The notes below the pieces were generated by a model. The model was not told the origin of the DNA and made no database searches. It saw nothing but the letters and a program-made list of their open reading frames with translations. This document shows, piece after piece, positions 32,047 to 42,011 of a DNA stretch of 64,000 nucleotides. Where the stretch lies: contig JAITVV010000063.1 of the NCBI GenBank assembly GCA_031285625.1, positions 64,001 through 128,000 of the forward strand. Reading direction: 5' to 3'. The DNA is from Prevotella sp. Its GTDB lineage: Bacteria; Bacteroidota; Bacteroidia; Bacteroidales; Dysgonomonadaceae. A program made the translations under genes and the position numbers. The stretch's first letter is position 1. Each line of letters begins with the position of its first letter.

Positions 32047-32775
32047 ATGAAAATAGAAGTTGATCGCGAAAGTTCAAAACCTCTTCATTTACAGGCAGAA
32101 GAAGTCTTGCGAAGACTTATAGAAGATGAGGAGTATAAAAATGGTAAATTATTGCCTAAAGAGATTGAATTATCGAAGCAATTTAACATATCGAGAAATA
32201 CCCTCAGACAGGCAATTAACAAATTGGTTTTTGAAGGACTACTCATACGCCGGAAAGGGTATGGTACAAAGGTGGCTCGAAAAGGTTTTGTAGGAGGCGT
32301 CAAAAACTGGCTGAGCTTCTCACAGGAGATGAAGATGTTGGGAATAAAAATAAAAAATTTCGAGCTATATGTAGGTACACAGAAAATACATAAAGAGGTT
32401 GCAGACTTTTTCGGTATAGAAGTAGATTCCAGATGCCTAAAGCTTGAACGTGTAAGGGGAGGTGAAGAATACCCATTTGTTTACTTTATATCTTACTTTA
32501 ATCCGAACATTCCCCTTACTGGTGAAGAAAATTTCAATACACCTTTATACGAATTGTTAGAACAGAATTATAACATAGTGGTAAAAACTTCTAAGGAAGA
32601 GATATTCGCACGACTGGCAGGAGATTTCATTGCCGAGAAGTTAGAAATATCAGCCAATGATCCGATATTGATACGCAAAAGATTTGTATATGATATCAAC
32701 GATGTACCTATTGAATATAATATTGGATATTACCGCGCAGATAGCTTTACATATACTCTGGAAGCACAACGTTAA
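32047..32775 (+). CDS. GntR/HutC-family transcriptional regulator (wHTH + UTRA)
   Basis: LLPKEIEL..QFNISRNTLRQAI..L..EGLL.R..G.GT; UTRA C-terminus; start reassigned to ATG 32047. Confidence 0.93.
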   Translation: MKIEVDRESSKPLHLQAEEVLRRLIEDEEYKNGKLLPKEIELSKQFNISRNTLRQAINKLVFEGLLIRRKGYGTKVARKGFVGGVKNWLSFSQEMKMLGIKIKNFELYVGTQKIHKEVADFFGIEVDSRCLKLERVRGGEEYPFVYFISYFNPNIPLTGEENFNTPLYELLEQNYNIVVKTSKEEIFARLAGDFIAEKLEISANDPILIRKRFVYDINDVPIEYNIGYYRADSFTYTLEAQR

Positions 32776-33075
32776 GATACATCTTCTGATAGAGTTATCA
32801 ATTATAAAGGATGCTAATATATTATTTATTAGCATCTTTCTATTTCAGGACAAAATCGAACTTTATTGAGAACCTTAACTTCCCAAAATCATAAACTCAT
32901 TCTCTACCGCAAGCGATGATATCATTTAATAAAATATTTAGAAAAATGATTTTCGCAGCATAATAAATGGCAAAAGCATAATCCAGGAGTACAAATCAGT
33001 TGATAATTAATTATATCATATCATTTTACAAAGTATTAAAAGCAAATTCATCAATTAACAGAGCTGGAGTAAAAG

Positions 33076-33083
33076 TAATTTTG
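33076..33083 (+). promoter_or_regulatory. -7 promoter element of the rha operon
   Basis: TAATTTTG 27 bp before ATG 33111. Confidence 0.55.
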
Positions 33084-33110
33084 TATCATAACATTTATCA
33101 AAATGACCTA

Positions 33111-34592
33111 ATGAATACTTTTAACTTTATAGCTTTTGATCTGGGTGCTACAAATGGACGTGCTATGCTGGGTACGCTGACCGATGGCATACTGGAGCTT
33201 AAGGAACTAACCAGATTTCCTAACAAAATAATAAGAATACATGATAAATACTACTGGGATATATTTACTCTTTACGAAGCTATAAAAGATGGATTAAATA
33301 GTGCTTCTGCTCAAAATATAAGGATAGATGCAATTGGTATTGATACCTGGGGTGTAGATTTTGTGTATATAGGTGATGACGGTTCTATACTAAGTATACC
33401 ACGCTCTTACAGGGATCCATATACTGAAGGTATTCCCGAAGAATATTTCAAGATTATATCCAAAAAAGAACTTTATCAGCTAACAGGTATACAGATAATG
33501 AATTTCAATAGCTTGTTTCAGTTATCAGCAGCAAAAAAAGAAAATTCATCGGCATTAAAAGCATCTGATCAAATCCTATTTTTACCGGATGCACTTGCTT
33601 ACATCCTTACCGGAAATAAGGTATGTGAATATACGATAGCCTCTACATCTCAATTATTAAATCCGATTACTAAAAAATTTGAAGGAGAATTACTCAAAGC
33701 GATAGGGATAAGCTCATCCATAATGCCTCCTATAGTAATGCCGGGAAAAGTAATAGGATTACTCAGAGAATCTGTGGCTAAAGAATGTAATATATCATCC
33801 ATACCGGTTATAGCTGTTGCTGGACATGACACCGCATCGGCAATTATATCTACACCTGCAAAAAATAAACATTTCGCCTATATAAGTTCCGGCACATGGT
33901 CGCTGATGGGGATTGAGGTTAAAGAACCGCTCATAAACGATATGTCATACAAAATGAATTTCACCAACGAAGGAGGAGTTGACGGAACAATACGTTTTTT
34001 GAAGAACATCGCCGGTATGTGGTTGCTCGAGCAATGTCGTAAAGAATGGGAAGACGCCGGACGGGTTTATAACTATGCAGAGATAATAGCATTATCCAAT
34101 TTTACAGAAAGATTCCAGTTTTTTGTCGACCCTGATGACCCTTCTTTTGCCAATCCGGCAAGCATGACCAATGCGATCAGGAACTTCTGTAACAACACAG
34201 GGCAAAAAGCACCTGAATCCGATGCTGAATTTATTCGTTGTATTTTTGACAGTCTGGTATTTAAATATAAATATACCTTCAACTGCCTAAAAGAGATGGC
34301 TCCTTTCAAAATAGAAACCCTGCATATTATTGGAGGAGGCTCTCAAAATAAAATATTAAATCAATATACAGCCAATTCGATAGGGTTACCTGTCATTGCC
34401 GGGCCTTGCGAAGCCACTGCCATAGGCAATATAATGATGCAGGCTAAAGGGCTGGGATTAGTAAAATCACTAAAGGAGATAAGGGAAATCATTCGCAATT
34501 CATTCGAATCCGAAATATTCTATCCGGAAGATGTACAGCTTTGGGAGAATGCTTACAAACATTTTTTGAAAACTTTAAAAATTAAATCATAA
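33111..34592 (+). CDS. rhaB: Rhamnulokinase
   Basis: AFDLGATNGR, GIDTWGVD, GHDTASA, ISSGTWSLMG, FTNEGG, IIGGGSQN; precedes rhaA. Start reassigned to ATG 33111. Confidence 0.92.
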   Translation: MNTFNFIAFDLGATNGRAMLGTLTDGILELKELTRFPNKIIRIHDKYYWDIFTLYEAIKDGLNSASAQNIRIDAIGIDTWGVDFVYIGDDGSILSIPRSYRDPYTEGIPEEYFKIISKKELYQLTGIQIMNFNSLFQLSAAKKENSSALKASDQILFLPDALAYILTGNKVCEYTIASTSQLLNPITKKFEGELLKAIGISSSIMPPIVMPGKVIGLLRESVAKECNISSIPVIAVAGHDTASAIISTPAKNKHFAYISSGTWSLMGIEVKEPLINDMSYKMNFTNEGGVDGTIRFLKNIAGMWLLEQCRKEWEDAGRVYNYAEIIALSNFTERFQFFVDPDDPSFANPASMTNAIRNFCNNTGQKAPESDAEFIRCIFDSLVFKYKYTFNCLKEMAPFKIETLHIIGGGSQNKILNQYTANSIGLPVIAGPCEATAIGNIMMQAKGLGLVKSLKEIREIIRNSFESEIFYPEDVQLWENAYKHFLKTLKIKS

Positions 34593-34605
34593 ATACCTTG
34601 TTACC

Positions 34606-35862
34606 ATGAAAAAAACAGAGTTAATCCAAAAATCATATGAGATTGCAAAAGAACGCTATGCGGCGTTAGGTATAGATACTGAAGCTGCATTAAAAAGGCT
34701 ACAAAAAATAGCAATATCTATCCATTGTTGGCAAGCAGATGATGTTACAGGATTTGAAAATCTGAACAATGTAGGCGGAGGGGGAATACAGGCTACAGGG
34801 AACTACCCAGGCAAAGCACGTAATATAGATGAAATACGCAGTGATATAGAAAAAGTGTTGACACTTATAGCAGGGAAACATCGTCTTAATCTCCACGAAA
34901 CATATGGAGAGTTCGGCGATAAAGTTATTGACCGCGATGAAGTGGAGCCTGAGCATTTTACAAGTTGGATGCAATGGGCCAAAGAAAAAGACCTGAAACT
35001 GGACTTTAATTCTACCTCTTTCGGACACCCTAAAAGCGGCGATCTTACTTTAGCAAATCCGGATAAAGCGATACGTGATTTTTGGATTGAGCACACGAAG
35101 CGATGCCGTATAATTTCCGAAGAAATGGGTAAATTCCAAAACGATCCTTGTATAATGAACCTATGGATACACGACGGTTCGAAAGACCTGACTGTAAACC
35201 GATATAAATACCGCCAGATACTGGAACAATCGTTAGACGAGATATTTGCGACAGAATACAAGCATATGAAAGACTGTCTGGAGTCGAAACTATTTGGTAT
35301 CGCACTGGAAAGTTATACTGTAGGTTCACATGACTTCTATCTGGGATATGGTGCCAAGAAACAAAAGATTGTCACATTGGATACCGGACACTTCCACTTA
35401 TCTGAAAATGTAGCTGATAAAATATCATCACTATTGCTATTTACACCAGAAATAATGTTACATGTAAGTCGCCCTATCCGTTGGGATTCTGATCATGTGG
35501 TAATTCTGAATGATGATATCTGCGAATTAGCAAAAGAAATCGTCCGTGCCGATGCCCTGAACAGAGTAAATGTAGGACTTGATTTCTTTGATGCATCTAT
35601 CAACCGTATTGGAGCCTATGTAATTGGTATACGTGCTACACAAAAAGCTTTTCTGCAGGCGTTGCTCGAACCGTTAGCAAAATTACGCGAATACGAGGGT
35701 AATGGTCAGTATTTTGAAAGGCTGGCTCTTCTTGAAGAATCGAAAGGATTACCATGGAATGCTGTATGGGATTACTTCTGCCTGATAAATGATATTGCTG
35801 TTGGTGAAGATTATATCGCAGAAGTACAACAATATGAAAAAAGCGTGACTTCAAAAAGATGA
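34606..35862 (+). CDS. rhaA: L-rhamnose isomerase
   Basis: SIHCWQADDV, TGNYPGKAR, ESKLFGI, LDTGHFH, HVSRPIRWDSDHVV, DFFDASINR. Confidence 0.97.
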   Translation: MKKTELIQKSYEIAKERYAALGIDTEAALKRLQKIAISIHCWQADDVTGFENLNNVGGGGIQATGNYPGKARNIDEIRSDIEKVLTLIAGKHRLNLHETYGEFGDKVIDRDEVEPEHFTSWMQWAKEKDLKLDFNSTSFGHPKSGDLTLANPDKAIRDFWIEHTKRCRIISEEMGKFQNDPCIMNLWIHDGSKDLTVNRYKYRQILEQSLDEIFATEYKHMKDCLESKLFGIALESYTVGSHDFYLGYGAKKQKIVTLDTGHFHLSENVADKISSLLLFTPEIMLHVSRPIRWDSDHVVILNDDICELAKEIVRADALNRVNVGLDFFDASINRIGAYVIGIRATQKAFLQALLEPLAKLREYEGNGQYFERLALLEESKGLPWNAVWDYFCLINDIAVGEDYIAEVQQYEKSVTSKR

Positions 35863-35876
35863 AATAGCAAACATAT

Positions 35877-36902
35877 ATGAATACAATATTAGGTTTGGTT
35901 ATAATCGCAATCGGTAGTCTGGGGCAATCCAGTTCTTACGTCCCAATTAATAAAGTAAAGAATTGGTCGTGGGAATGCTTTTGGCTTGTACAAGGTGTTT
36001 TTGCCTGGATCTTTTTTCCTATGATAGGTGCTCACATGGCTATACCTTCCGGTAATTCCCTTTCTGAGATAATTATGACCGGGGATGCTGCTTATAAATC
36101 GGTAGGCTATGGAATACTCTGGGGTATCGGCGGACTTACCTTTGGGCTAAGTATGCGATATCTGGGTATTGCTCTCGGGCAGTCTCTGGCTTTGGGTACA
36201 TGTTCGGCTTTTGGCACACTTATTCCGGCTTTACTCAGAGGTGAAAACTTATTCACAGGTAATGGGCTGATACTCCTTATTGGAGTGAGTATTGCTATAG
36301 CAGGTATAGCTGTTATTGGTTATGCAGGAGCTTTGAAGTCACGGAATATGACTGAAGAAGAGAAAAAGAAAGCTATTAAAGACTTTGCTCTGAAAAAAGG
36401 CATATTAATAGCATTAATGGCCGGTATAATGAGTGCTTGCTTCAATCTCGGGCTGGAAGCAGGAGCACCTATTAAAGCCCGTATTCTGGAATTAGGAACA
36501 AACAGTTTATTAGTATTGAACCCAGTAATATTATTAGTTACAATCGGAGGTTTTATCACAAATGCCTGTTATTGCCTTTTTCAGAATTACAGAAACAAAA
36601 CATTCAAAGACTATATTTCTATCTCCGGTTCAAACTGGATAAACAACTTATTGTTTTGTGCTTTGGCCGGACTATTATGGTATTCCCAGTTTTTCGGACT
36701 GGGAGTAGGACAAAGTTTCTTTGAGACGGGTAGTGTTATGATGGCATTCTCATGGAGTATACTAATGTCTTTAAATGTATTATTTAGTAATTTATGGGGT
36801 ATAATTTTAAAAGAATGGAAAGGTGCAGCCAACAAAACTATAATAGTGCTTGTAGCGGGGCTGGCAATCCTTATTTTTTCTATTATTTTCCCTCAACTTT
36901 GA
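35877..36902 (+). CDS. rhaT: L-rhamnose:H+ symporter
   Basis: YVP..KVKNWSWE, LWGIGGLTFGLSMRYLG, LWGIILKEWKG; about 10 TMs. Confidence 0.95.
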   Translation: MNTILGLVIIAIGSLGQSSSYVPINKVKNWSWECFWLVQGVFAWIFFPMIGAHMAIPSGNSLSEIIMTGDAAYKSVGYGILWGIGGLTFGLSMRYLGIALGQSLALGTCSAFGTLIPALLRGENLFTGNGLILLIGVSIAIAGIAVIGYAGALKSRNMTEEEKKKAIKDFALKKGILIALMAGIMSACFNLGLEAGAPIKARILELGTNSLLVLNPVILLVTIGGFITNACYCLFQNYRNKTFKDYISISGSNWINNLLFCALAGLLWYSQFFGLGVGQSFFETGSVMMAFSWSILMSLNVLFSNLWGIILKEWKGAANKTIIVLVAGLAILIFSIIFPQL

Positions 36903-36910
36903 AATATAAA

Positions 36911-37711
36911 ATGAAACTAAAAGTAAATGACAAGCTAAAAGAACAGCTTGACGAAGTAGCTGAAATAGCCGGATATCTGTGGCAAAAAGGTTGGGCTGAA
37001 CGAAACGCCGGAAATATATCTATCAATATCAGTGACATAATAGGAGATGAGAACAAAGATCTACCGTCACTATCTACTTATGGTTTACCTGGTGAAATGA
37101 AAGAATTATCGGGTGATTTCTTCTTTGTAACGGGTACAGGTAAACGAATGCGGGATGTAGCCAAAGATCCGTTAAAAAATGGAGCGATTATACGTATTTC
37201 ATCAGACGGTAACTCATACGATGTGATAGCAGAAGAAAATATAAAACCGACTTCAGAGTTGGCATCCCATTTCTCTATCCTTTCATCATTCAAGAAAAAA
37301 GGCTCGAAAAACAGGTTAGTACTCCATACACACCCAACTGATCTGATCGCATTATCGCATATTAAAGAACTAAAGAATGAAGACGCTTTGAATAACTTGC
37401 TTTGGTCGATGCATCCCGAAACATTTATTGTAGTTCCCCGGGGCATTGGTCTTGTCCCATATGAGGTCCCCGGAACAGTGGCAATCGCCGATTTGACCTT
37501 GCCCGTACTGGAAAAACATGATATCGTTATATGGGAAAAACATGGAGCTTTCGCTATCGGCGAAAATCTGACAGATACATTTGATCTGATCGACACCTTA
37601 TCTAAGTCTGCACAAATATATGCTTTTGCAAAAACATGCGGATATCATCCCGAAGGATTAACAAAAGAACAAATAAATGGACTGATAAAACCTTTTAATA
37701 TTAAAATTTAG
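36911..37711 (+). CDS. rhaD: Rhamnulose-1-phosphate aldolase
   Basis: LWQKGWAERNAGNIS, PTSELASH, HTHPT, WSMHPE, WEKHG; start reassigned to ATG 36911. Confidence 0.93.
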   Translation: MKLKVNDKLKEQLDEVAEIAGYLWQKGWAERNAGNISINISDIIGDENKDLPSLSTYGLPGEMKELSGDFFFVTGTGKRMRDVAKDPLKNGAIIRISSDGNSYDVIAEENIKPTSELASHFSILSSFKKKGSKNRLVLHTHPTDLIALSHIKELKNEDALNNLLWSMHPETFIVVPRGIGLVPYEVPGTVAIADLTLPVLEKHDIVIWEKHGAFAIGENLTDTFDLIDTLSKSAQIYAFAKTCGYHPEGLTKEQINGLIKPFNIKI

Positions 37712-37752
37712 GTATCTTGCATCTCATACCTAAAATTTAATACTAATAGAAG

Positions 37753-39108
37753 ATGCAAGAGAAAAATAAGGTAAACCGCAGAGAATTTCTCAAATTATCA
37801 GCGTTAGGTTTAGCCAGCTTAACCATTATCCCAAGCTGGTCGATGAATGGAATACGGATTGCTCCGAGCGATAGAGTCGTATTGGGTTTTATAGGGCTGG
37901 GGCAACAGGGATTATCTGATTTTAGTAGTTTCAGCAATTGTCCCGGAGTGCAGGTTGCTGCCTGTAGCGATGTAGATTCACTAAAAACTGAGCGTTTCAG
38001 AAGAAAAATACAAGCCTGGCAAACCACTCAGAAAATGGTAATCCGCTGCGATAAATATGAATTTTATGAAGAGTTGCTGAACAGAAAAGATATAGATGCT
38101 GTGTCTATAGCTACACCTGATCATTGGCATGCATTGAATGTTATACATGCTTGTCAGGCTGGGAAAGATGTATATTGTCAAAAACCTCTGGCTTACACCA
38201 TTACCGAAGGCTTGGCTATGGTAAGGGCTGTACGTGATAATAAGCGGGTATTGCAAGTAGGAAGCCAACAACGTTCCAGTAAAGAATTTATAAAAGCAAT
38301 AGAACTGGTACAATCCGGAGCCATAGGGCATATAGAAAAAATATATGCCAAAGTGGGAGATCCTCCTAAACCTCTCAATTTACCTGAACAACAAGTACCA
38401 AATAATTTGAATTTCAACTTATGGCTAGGACCATTAAACGATCCGAAAGTACACTATCATCCGGATCTATGTCCTCCTATATCACTTGAGCCTGAACAAA
38501 ACGAGCAATTGTGGGGTGCATGGCGTTGGTATAGCGAAACTGGAAATGGCTTTACAGCAGATTGGGGCGCCCATATGTTCGACATATCACAAGCTGCAAT
38601 CGGCATGGATGGTTCGGGTCCTGTACAGTATATACCAAAAGGATATAACGGTACTAAATACCTGACAATGAAATATGCTAATGGAATAGAAATGTCAGAG
38701 CAACCTTACAGGGATGATGATCCAGATGCACAAGGGATTAAATTCATTGGTAGCAAAGGATGGATACAAGTCGCCCGTGGATTTCTGGCATGTTCAGATC
38801 CTGCTTTGCTGAAAGAGGATGAGAAGAAAACCGGCGGAGTGAAAGCAGGAGAATTCGAAGTCAGCTCCCCTCATATGCAAAACTTTATTGATTGTGTTCG
38901 TTCCCGCAAAAATCCTGTTGCTTCGGTTGAGGTCGGTTGCGGTACAAACACACTTTGCTGCCTTGCAAACATTGCTACAGAACTGAAACGTCCTGTGAAA
39001 TGGAATCCGGCAACACTTAGTTTTGTAAATGACAGTGAGGCCGAAAACCACCGATTATATTATTATCAATACAGGCGGCCATATACCCTTCCATATTATA
39101 ATCTATAA
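37753..39108 (+). CDS. Tat-exported Gfo/Idh/MocA NAD(P)-dependent oxidoreductase
   Basis: Twin-arginine signal NRREFLK; GFIGLGQQG, IATPDHWH, GKDVYCQKP, QVGSQQRS, DWGAHMFD. Confidence 0.9.
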   Translation: MQEKNKVNRREFLKLSALGLASLTIIPSWSMNGIRIAPSDRVVLGFIGLGQQGLSDFSSFSNCPGVQVAACSDVDSLKTERFRRKIQAWQTTQKMVIRCDKYEFYEELLNRKDIDAVSIATPDHWHALNVIHACQAGKDVYCQKPLAYTITEGLAMVRAVRDNKRVLQVGSQQRSSKEFIKAIELVQSGAIGHIEKIYAKVGDPPKPLNLPEQQVPNNLNFNLWLGPLNDPKVHYHPDLCPPISLEPEQNEQLWGAWRWYSETGNGFTADWGAHMFDISQAAIGMDGSGPVQYIPKGYNGTKYLTMKYANGIEMSEQPYRDDDPDAQGIKFIGSKGWIQVARGFLACSDPALLKEDEKKTGGVKAGEFEVSSPHMQNFIDCVRSRKNPVASVEVGCGTNTLCCLANIATELKRPVKWNPATLSFVNDSEAENHRLYYYQYRRPYTLPYYNL

Positions 39109-39142
39109 ATAAAAAGAGGAACCTTTAAGTTCCTCTTTTTAT
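39109..39142. terminator. Bidirectional terminator
   Basis: ATAAAAAGAGGAAC-CTTTAA-GTTCCTCTTTTTAT between convergent genes. Confidence 0.85.
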
Positions 39143-40035
39143 TATTCTCCCTGTGTAAATTTACGATACTCGATAGGAGTAATCTTATTCTTTTTCTTAA
39201 ATGCAGTGAAGAAGTATTCCTGATTTTCAAACCCCATAAGATATGCTATTTCTTTTACAGGAATTAAGGTATTTGTCAATAGTTCTTTTGATTTCTGAAT
39301 TTTCAACTCCTGAATATATTGTGATGGAGCAAAACCTGTATACTCCTTAAATATCTTTCTAAAGTTGGAGTAGCTCATATTCAGCTTATCTGCAATTTCT
39401 TTTGGTTTAATATCTTTAAAATTTTCAAGAATTATAATCTTTGCTTTATTTATTTGATTAATAGATTCTGATCCTTCAAAGCCATAATTTCTATCGAGAG
39501 AATATGCCAGTCCAAGCAAATGGTTTACGATACCTGCCAGCATTTGCTGAAATCCTGATTTTTGCTCGATAGCAATCTGGATAGCCTGCTGGTACATCTG
39601 CACAATTTCATTATTCATTCCGGTATTGAACACGGGTTTCCCCTTATTAAAGAAGCCATTTTCCACCCTACTATCTATATTGATACCCTTGAAACCAATC
39701 CAGTATTCATCCCAACCAGTCTGTTTATCAGGCATATAATTATGCCATTCTCCGGGAAATAATAAAAACATATTACCCTCTTTTACTTTAAATGCATCAT
39801 TGCTCTTAGTAGTATGAGAAGTAAATGTTCCACGACCTCTGGTTATATATAATAATTGATATTCATCCAATATTCTCCCTTTCTCTGTTGAAAAGAGATA
39901 ACGCGTAGGATGATTTCCGGGAGGATATGACATATTCGCCTCAATATTCTGATAGCCAACCGAATTCACGGTTAGCCCCCATAACAAATCAGTCTCGTTA
40001 ACAATTAAGTATTTCAAATGAATTGAATCTCTCAT
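39142..40035 (-). CDS. rhaR: AraC-family regulator (probable RhaR)
   Basis: AraC cupin (GRILDEYQLLYIT.G.G, LFPGEWH.Y) plus double HTH; adjacent to rhaBATD. Confidence 0.8.
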   Translation of the reverse strand: MRDSIHLKYLIVNETDLLWGLTVNSVGYQNIEANMSYPPGNHPTRYLFSTEKGRILDEYQLLYITRGRGTFTSHTTKSNDAFKVKEGNMFLLFPGEWHNYMPDKQTGWDEYWIGFKGINIDSRVENGFFNKGKPVFNTGMNNEIVQMYQQAIQIAIEQKSGFQQMLAGIVNHLLGLAYSLDRNYGFEGSESINQINKAKIIILENFKDIKPKEIADKLNMSYSNFRKIFKEYTGFAPSQYIQELKIQKSKELLTNTLIPVKEIAYLMGFENQEYFFTAFKKKNKITPIEYRKFTQGE

Positions 40036-40342
40036 TGTAGGTATATGTTATTCTGGCATTATCAACATACAAATTAACAAAATATTTACAAATCTTATAC
40101 TCATTAAATATAGAAATAAGCAAAATACTCTTCGTTACTACAGTCTCGTTATCCAAACATTCGGTAAGTGAACTCAGATATAAATATGCAGACAATATTT
40201 TTCATAGTGTATAGCTTAGATTGATTAATATCCAGTCAAGGTTTTCTGGAAATAATAAAACAAATATATAACCTTATATCCTTTCTAAATTAACGGATTT
40301 GATATAAGTATTCTAAAAAATGATATTTCGATATATAAGAAA

Positions 40343-40368
40343 ACTTCAGAAATAATTATTTCTGAAGT
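40343..40368 (-). terminator. Terminator of the vgrG cassette (26-bp perfect palindrome)
   Basis: ACTTCAGAAATAA|TTATTTCTGAAGT followed by TTTCTT on the minus strand, 40 bp after the DUF4280 stop. Confidence 0.7.
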
Positions 40369-40408
40369 CAAAGCCATGACTAACTGAGAACAAAAAGCAA
40401 AAGTGAAT

Positions 40409-40753
40409 TTATTTATTGCTTACATGCTCATTACTGCCAGTATCAGTAAAACTTATTTTACCTCCATAGCTACACATACAAAAAGAATCTTTTGTTAATT
40501 TTTTGTTACCTTGAATGGCAGTGGCCTCTGCAGTTTTCTGCCAGGCCTGTGGTGACGGAACACATGCAGGCTTATACCACACTCTGCTACAGGAACCAAA
40601 TGAAGGAATATTAACAATACCTTCTTTATCTGCATCTGTTGCCAATACAGAATTATTAATTTTTTTAAAATCCTGACTTGTCACTTTTATTGTAGCTGGC
40701 CCAGAGCCAAGGGTGCATTGCATTTTTGCTCCTTCAGTTATTAAAATCGGCAT
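40409..40753 (-). CDS. DUF4280 PAAR-like spike-tip protein
   Basis: GA.MQCT.G, NIPSFGSC, C.P....W, L...S.CMC.YGGKI..TD.G with conserved cysteines. Confidence 0.88.
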   Translation of the reverse strand: MPILITEGAKMQCTLGSGPATIKVTSQDFKKINNSVLATDADKEGIVNIPSFGSCSRVWYKPACVPSPQAWQKTAEATAIQGNKKLTKDSFCMCSYGGKISFTDTGSNEHVSNK

Positions 40754-40758
40754 ATTAT

Positions 40759-41352
40759 TTATTTCTTAGTTTCATATAATGAATCAATAAAAATACTTAT
40801 ATTCTTTATTGTCCAGAAATAATCAAATCTGGTAGTATAATACAACTTATCACAATATTCATTCTTAGTAGAGATTTCGGGATCTTTAAATTTAATCCGG
40901 TAAAAATCTTCTCCATAATTTTTTATAATGGAATCTCCAATACTGTATTTCCTCACACATTCCTGATATTTTCTATATATACGCGATTTATTCAGATCTT
41001 TGAAATCATATACCCTGGTTATTGTAAGAGGTACATTTTTAGGATTATAAATACTGTCCTTTATTTTTACAACAAACCAGAAATTCTGAACAACTGCTTT
41101 ATTTGTGTCTTCTATCCTTTCCCTGTTTATATCTAAATCTTCAATAAATCTGAATGCAATCCACTTAAAAATAGAGTCATTAAATATCTGTAAAGGTTTC
41201 TCTGCTTTTTGACGTCTTATCTCCCACGCTATTTGTATCTGTTTGTCACGTTTGGAATCGAAGATTACATACCATTTTGAATAATAAGTTACTCCTATAA
41301 AAAGTATAGAGAGAAATACTATTCCAAATATTTTTTCTTTACGCGAAACCAT
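40759..41352 (-). CDS. Membrane-anchored hypothetical protein, putative T6SS immunity paralog 2
   Basis: N-terminal TM helix; shares long blocks with 41355-42011. Confidence 0.6.
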   Translation of the reverse strand: MVSRKEKIFGIVFLSILFIGVTYYSKWYVIFDSKRDKQIQIAWEIRRQKAEKPLQIFNDSIFKWIAFRFIEDLDINRERIEDTNKAVVQNFWFVVKIKDSIYNPKNVPLTITRVYDFKDLNKSRIYRKYQECVRKYSIGDSIIKNYGEDFYRIKFKDPEISTKNEYCDKLYYTTRFDYFWTIKNISIFIDSLYETKK

Positions 41353-41354
41353 AA

Positions 41355-42011
41355 TTACTTAGTCCTAGCCTCATATAATAAAGAATCTATAAATGGACCT
41401 ATATTCTTTACTGTCCAAAAATAATCAAAATCAGTAGTATAGTATAATTTATCACACCTTCCAGGGGTAGGATAATTTGGCTTATCTGTTTTAAATTTGA
41501 TCCGATAAAAATCTTCTCCGTAATTTTTAATAATAGAGTCTCCTTTACTTTCATCATCGAATGTACAATCCTGCGGTAGCCAATATATTTTGGCTTTTTC
41601 GGGATTCCTTACATCATATATACGTTTTACCTCTAACGGAACATTTTGCGGATTATAAATATTTCTATCCAAAGATGCAATAAAATAGTAAACTTCTATA
41701 CTTTCATTATTTTCATTAGAAAACCTATCATACTCTTTTTCCATAATAATTCCTCTGAATTCAATCCATTTAAAAATAGAATCATTAAATATTTGTAGCG
41801 GTTTTTCGGCTCTTTGATACCTGATCTTCCAAGCTTGGTCAACTGTAGACAAATATAGACTCGGGTTGCTAAAGAATCTTCGGTTTGAATATAAAATCAA
41901 TCCTCCAATAATCGTTAAAACAATTAGTACTGTTACTATAAAGAATTTTCGGTCTCCTTTTTCCTTTTCTCTATCTTTATTAGGCAAAATATTCATCTTC
42001 TGATTCTCCAT
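41355..42011 (-). CDS. Membrane-anchored hypothetical protein, putative T6SS immunity paralog 1
   Basis: TM helix FFIVTVLIVLTIIGGLILY; overlaps the 3' end of the putative effector gene by 32 nt. Confidence 0.6.
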   Translation of the reverse strand: MENQKMNILPNKDREKEKGDRKFFIVTVLIVLTIIGGLILYSNRRFFSNPSLYLSTVDQAWKIRYQRAEKPLQIFNDSIFKWIEFRGIIMEKEYDRFSNENNESIEVYYFIASLDRNIYNPQNVPLEVKRIYDVRNPEKAKIYWLPQDCTFDDESKGDSIIKNYGEDFYRIKFKTDKPNYPTPGRCDKLYYTTDFDYFWTVKNIGPFIDSLLYEARTK

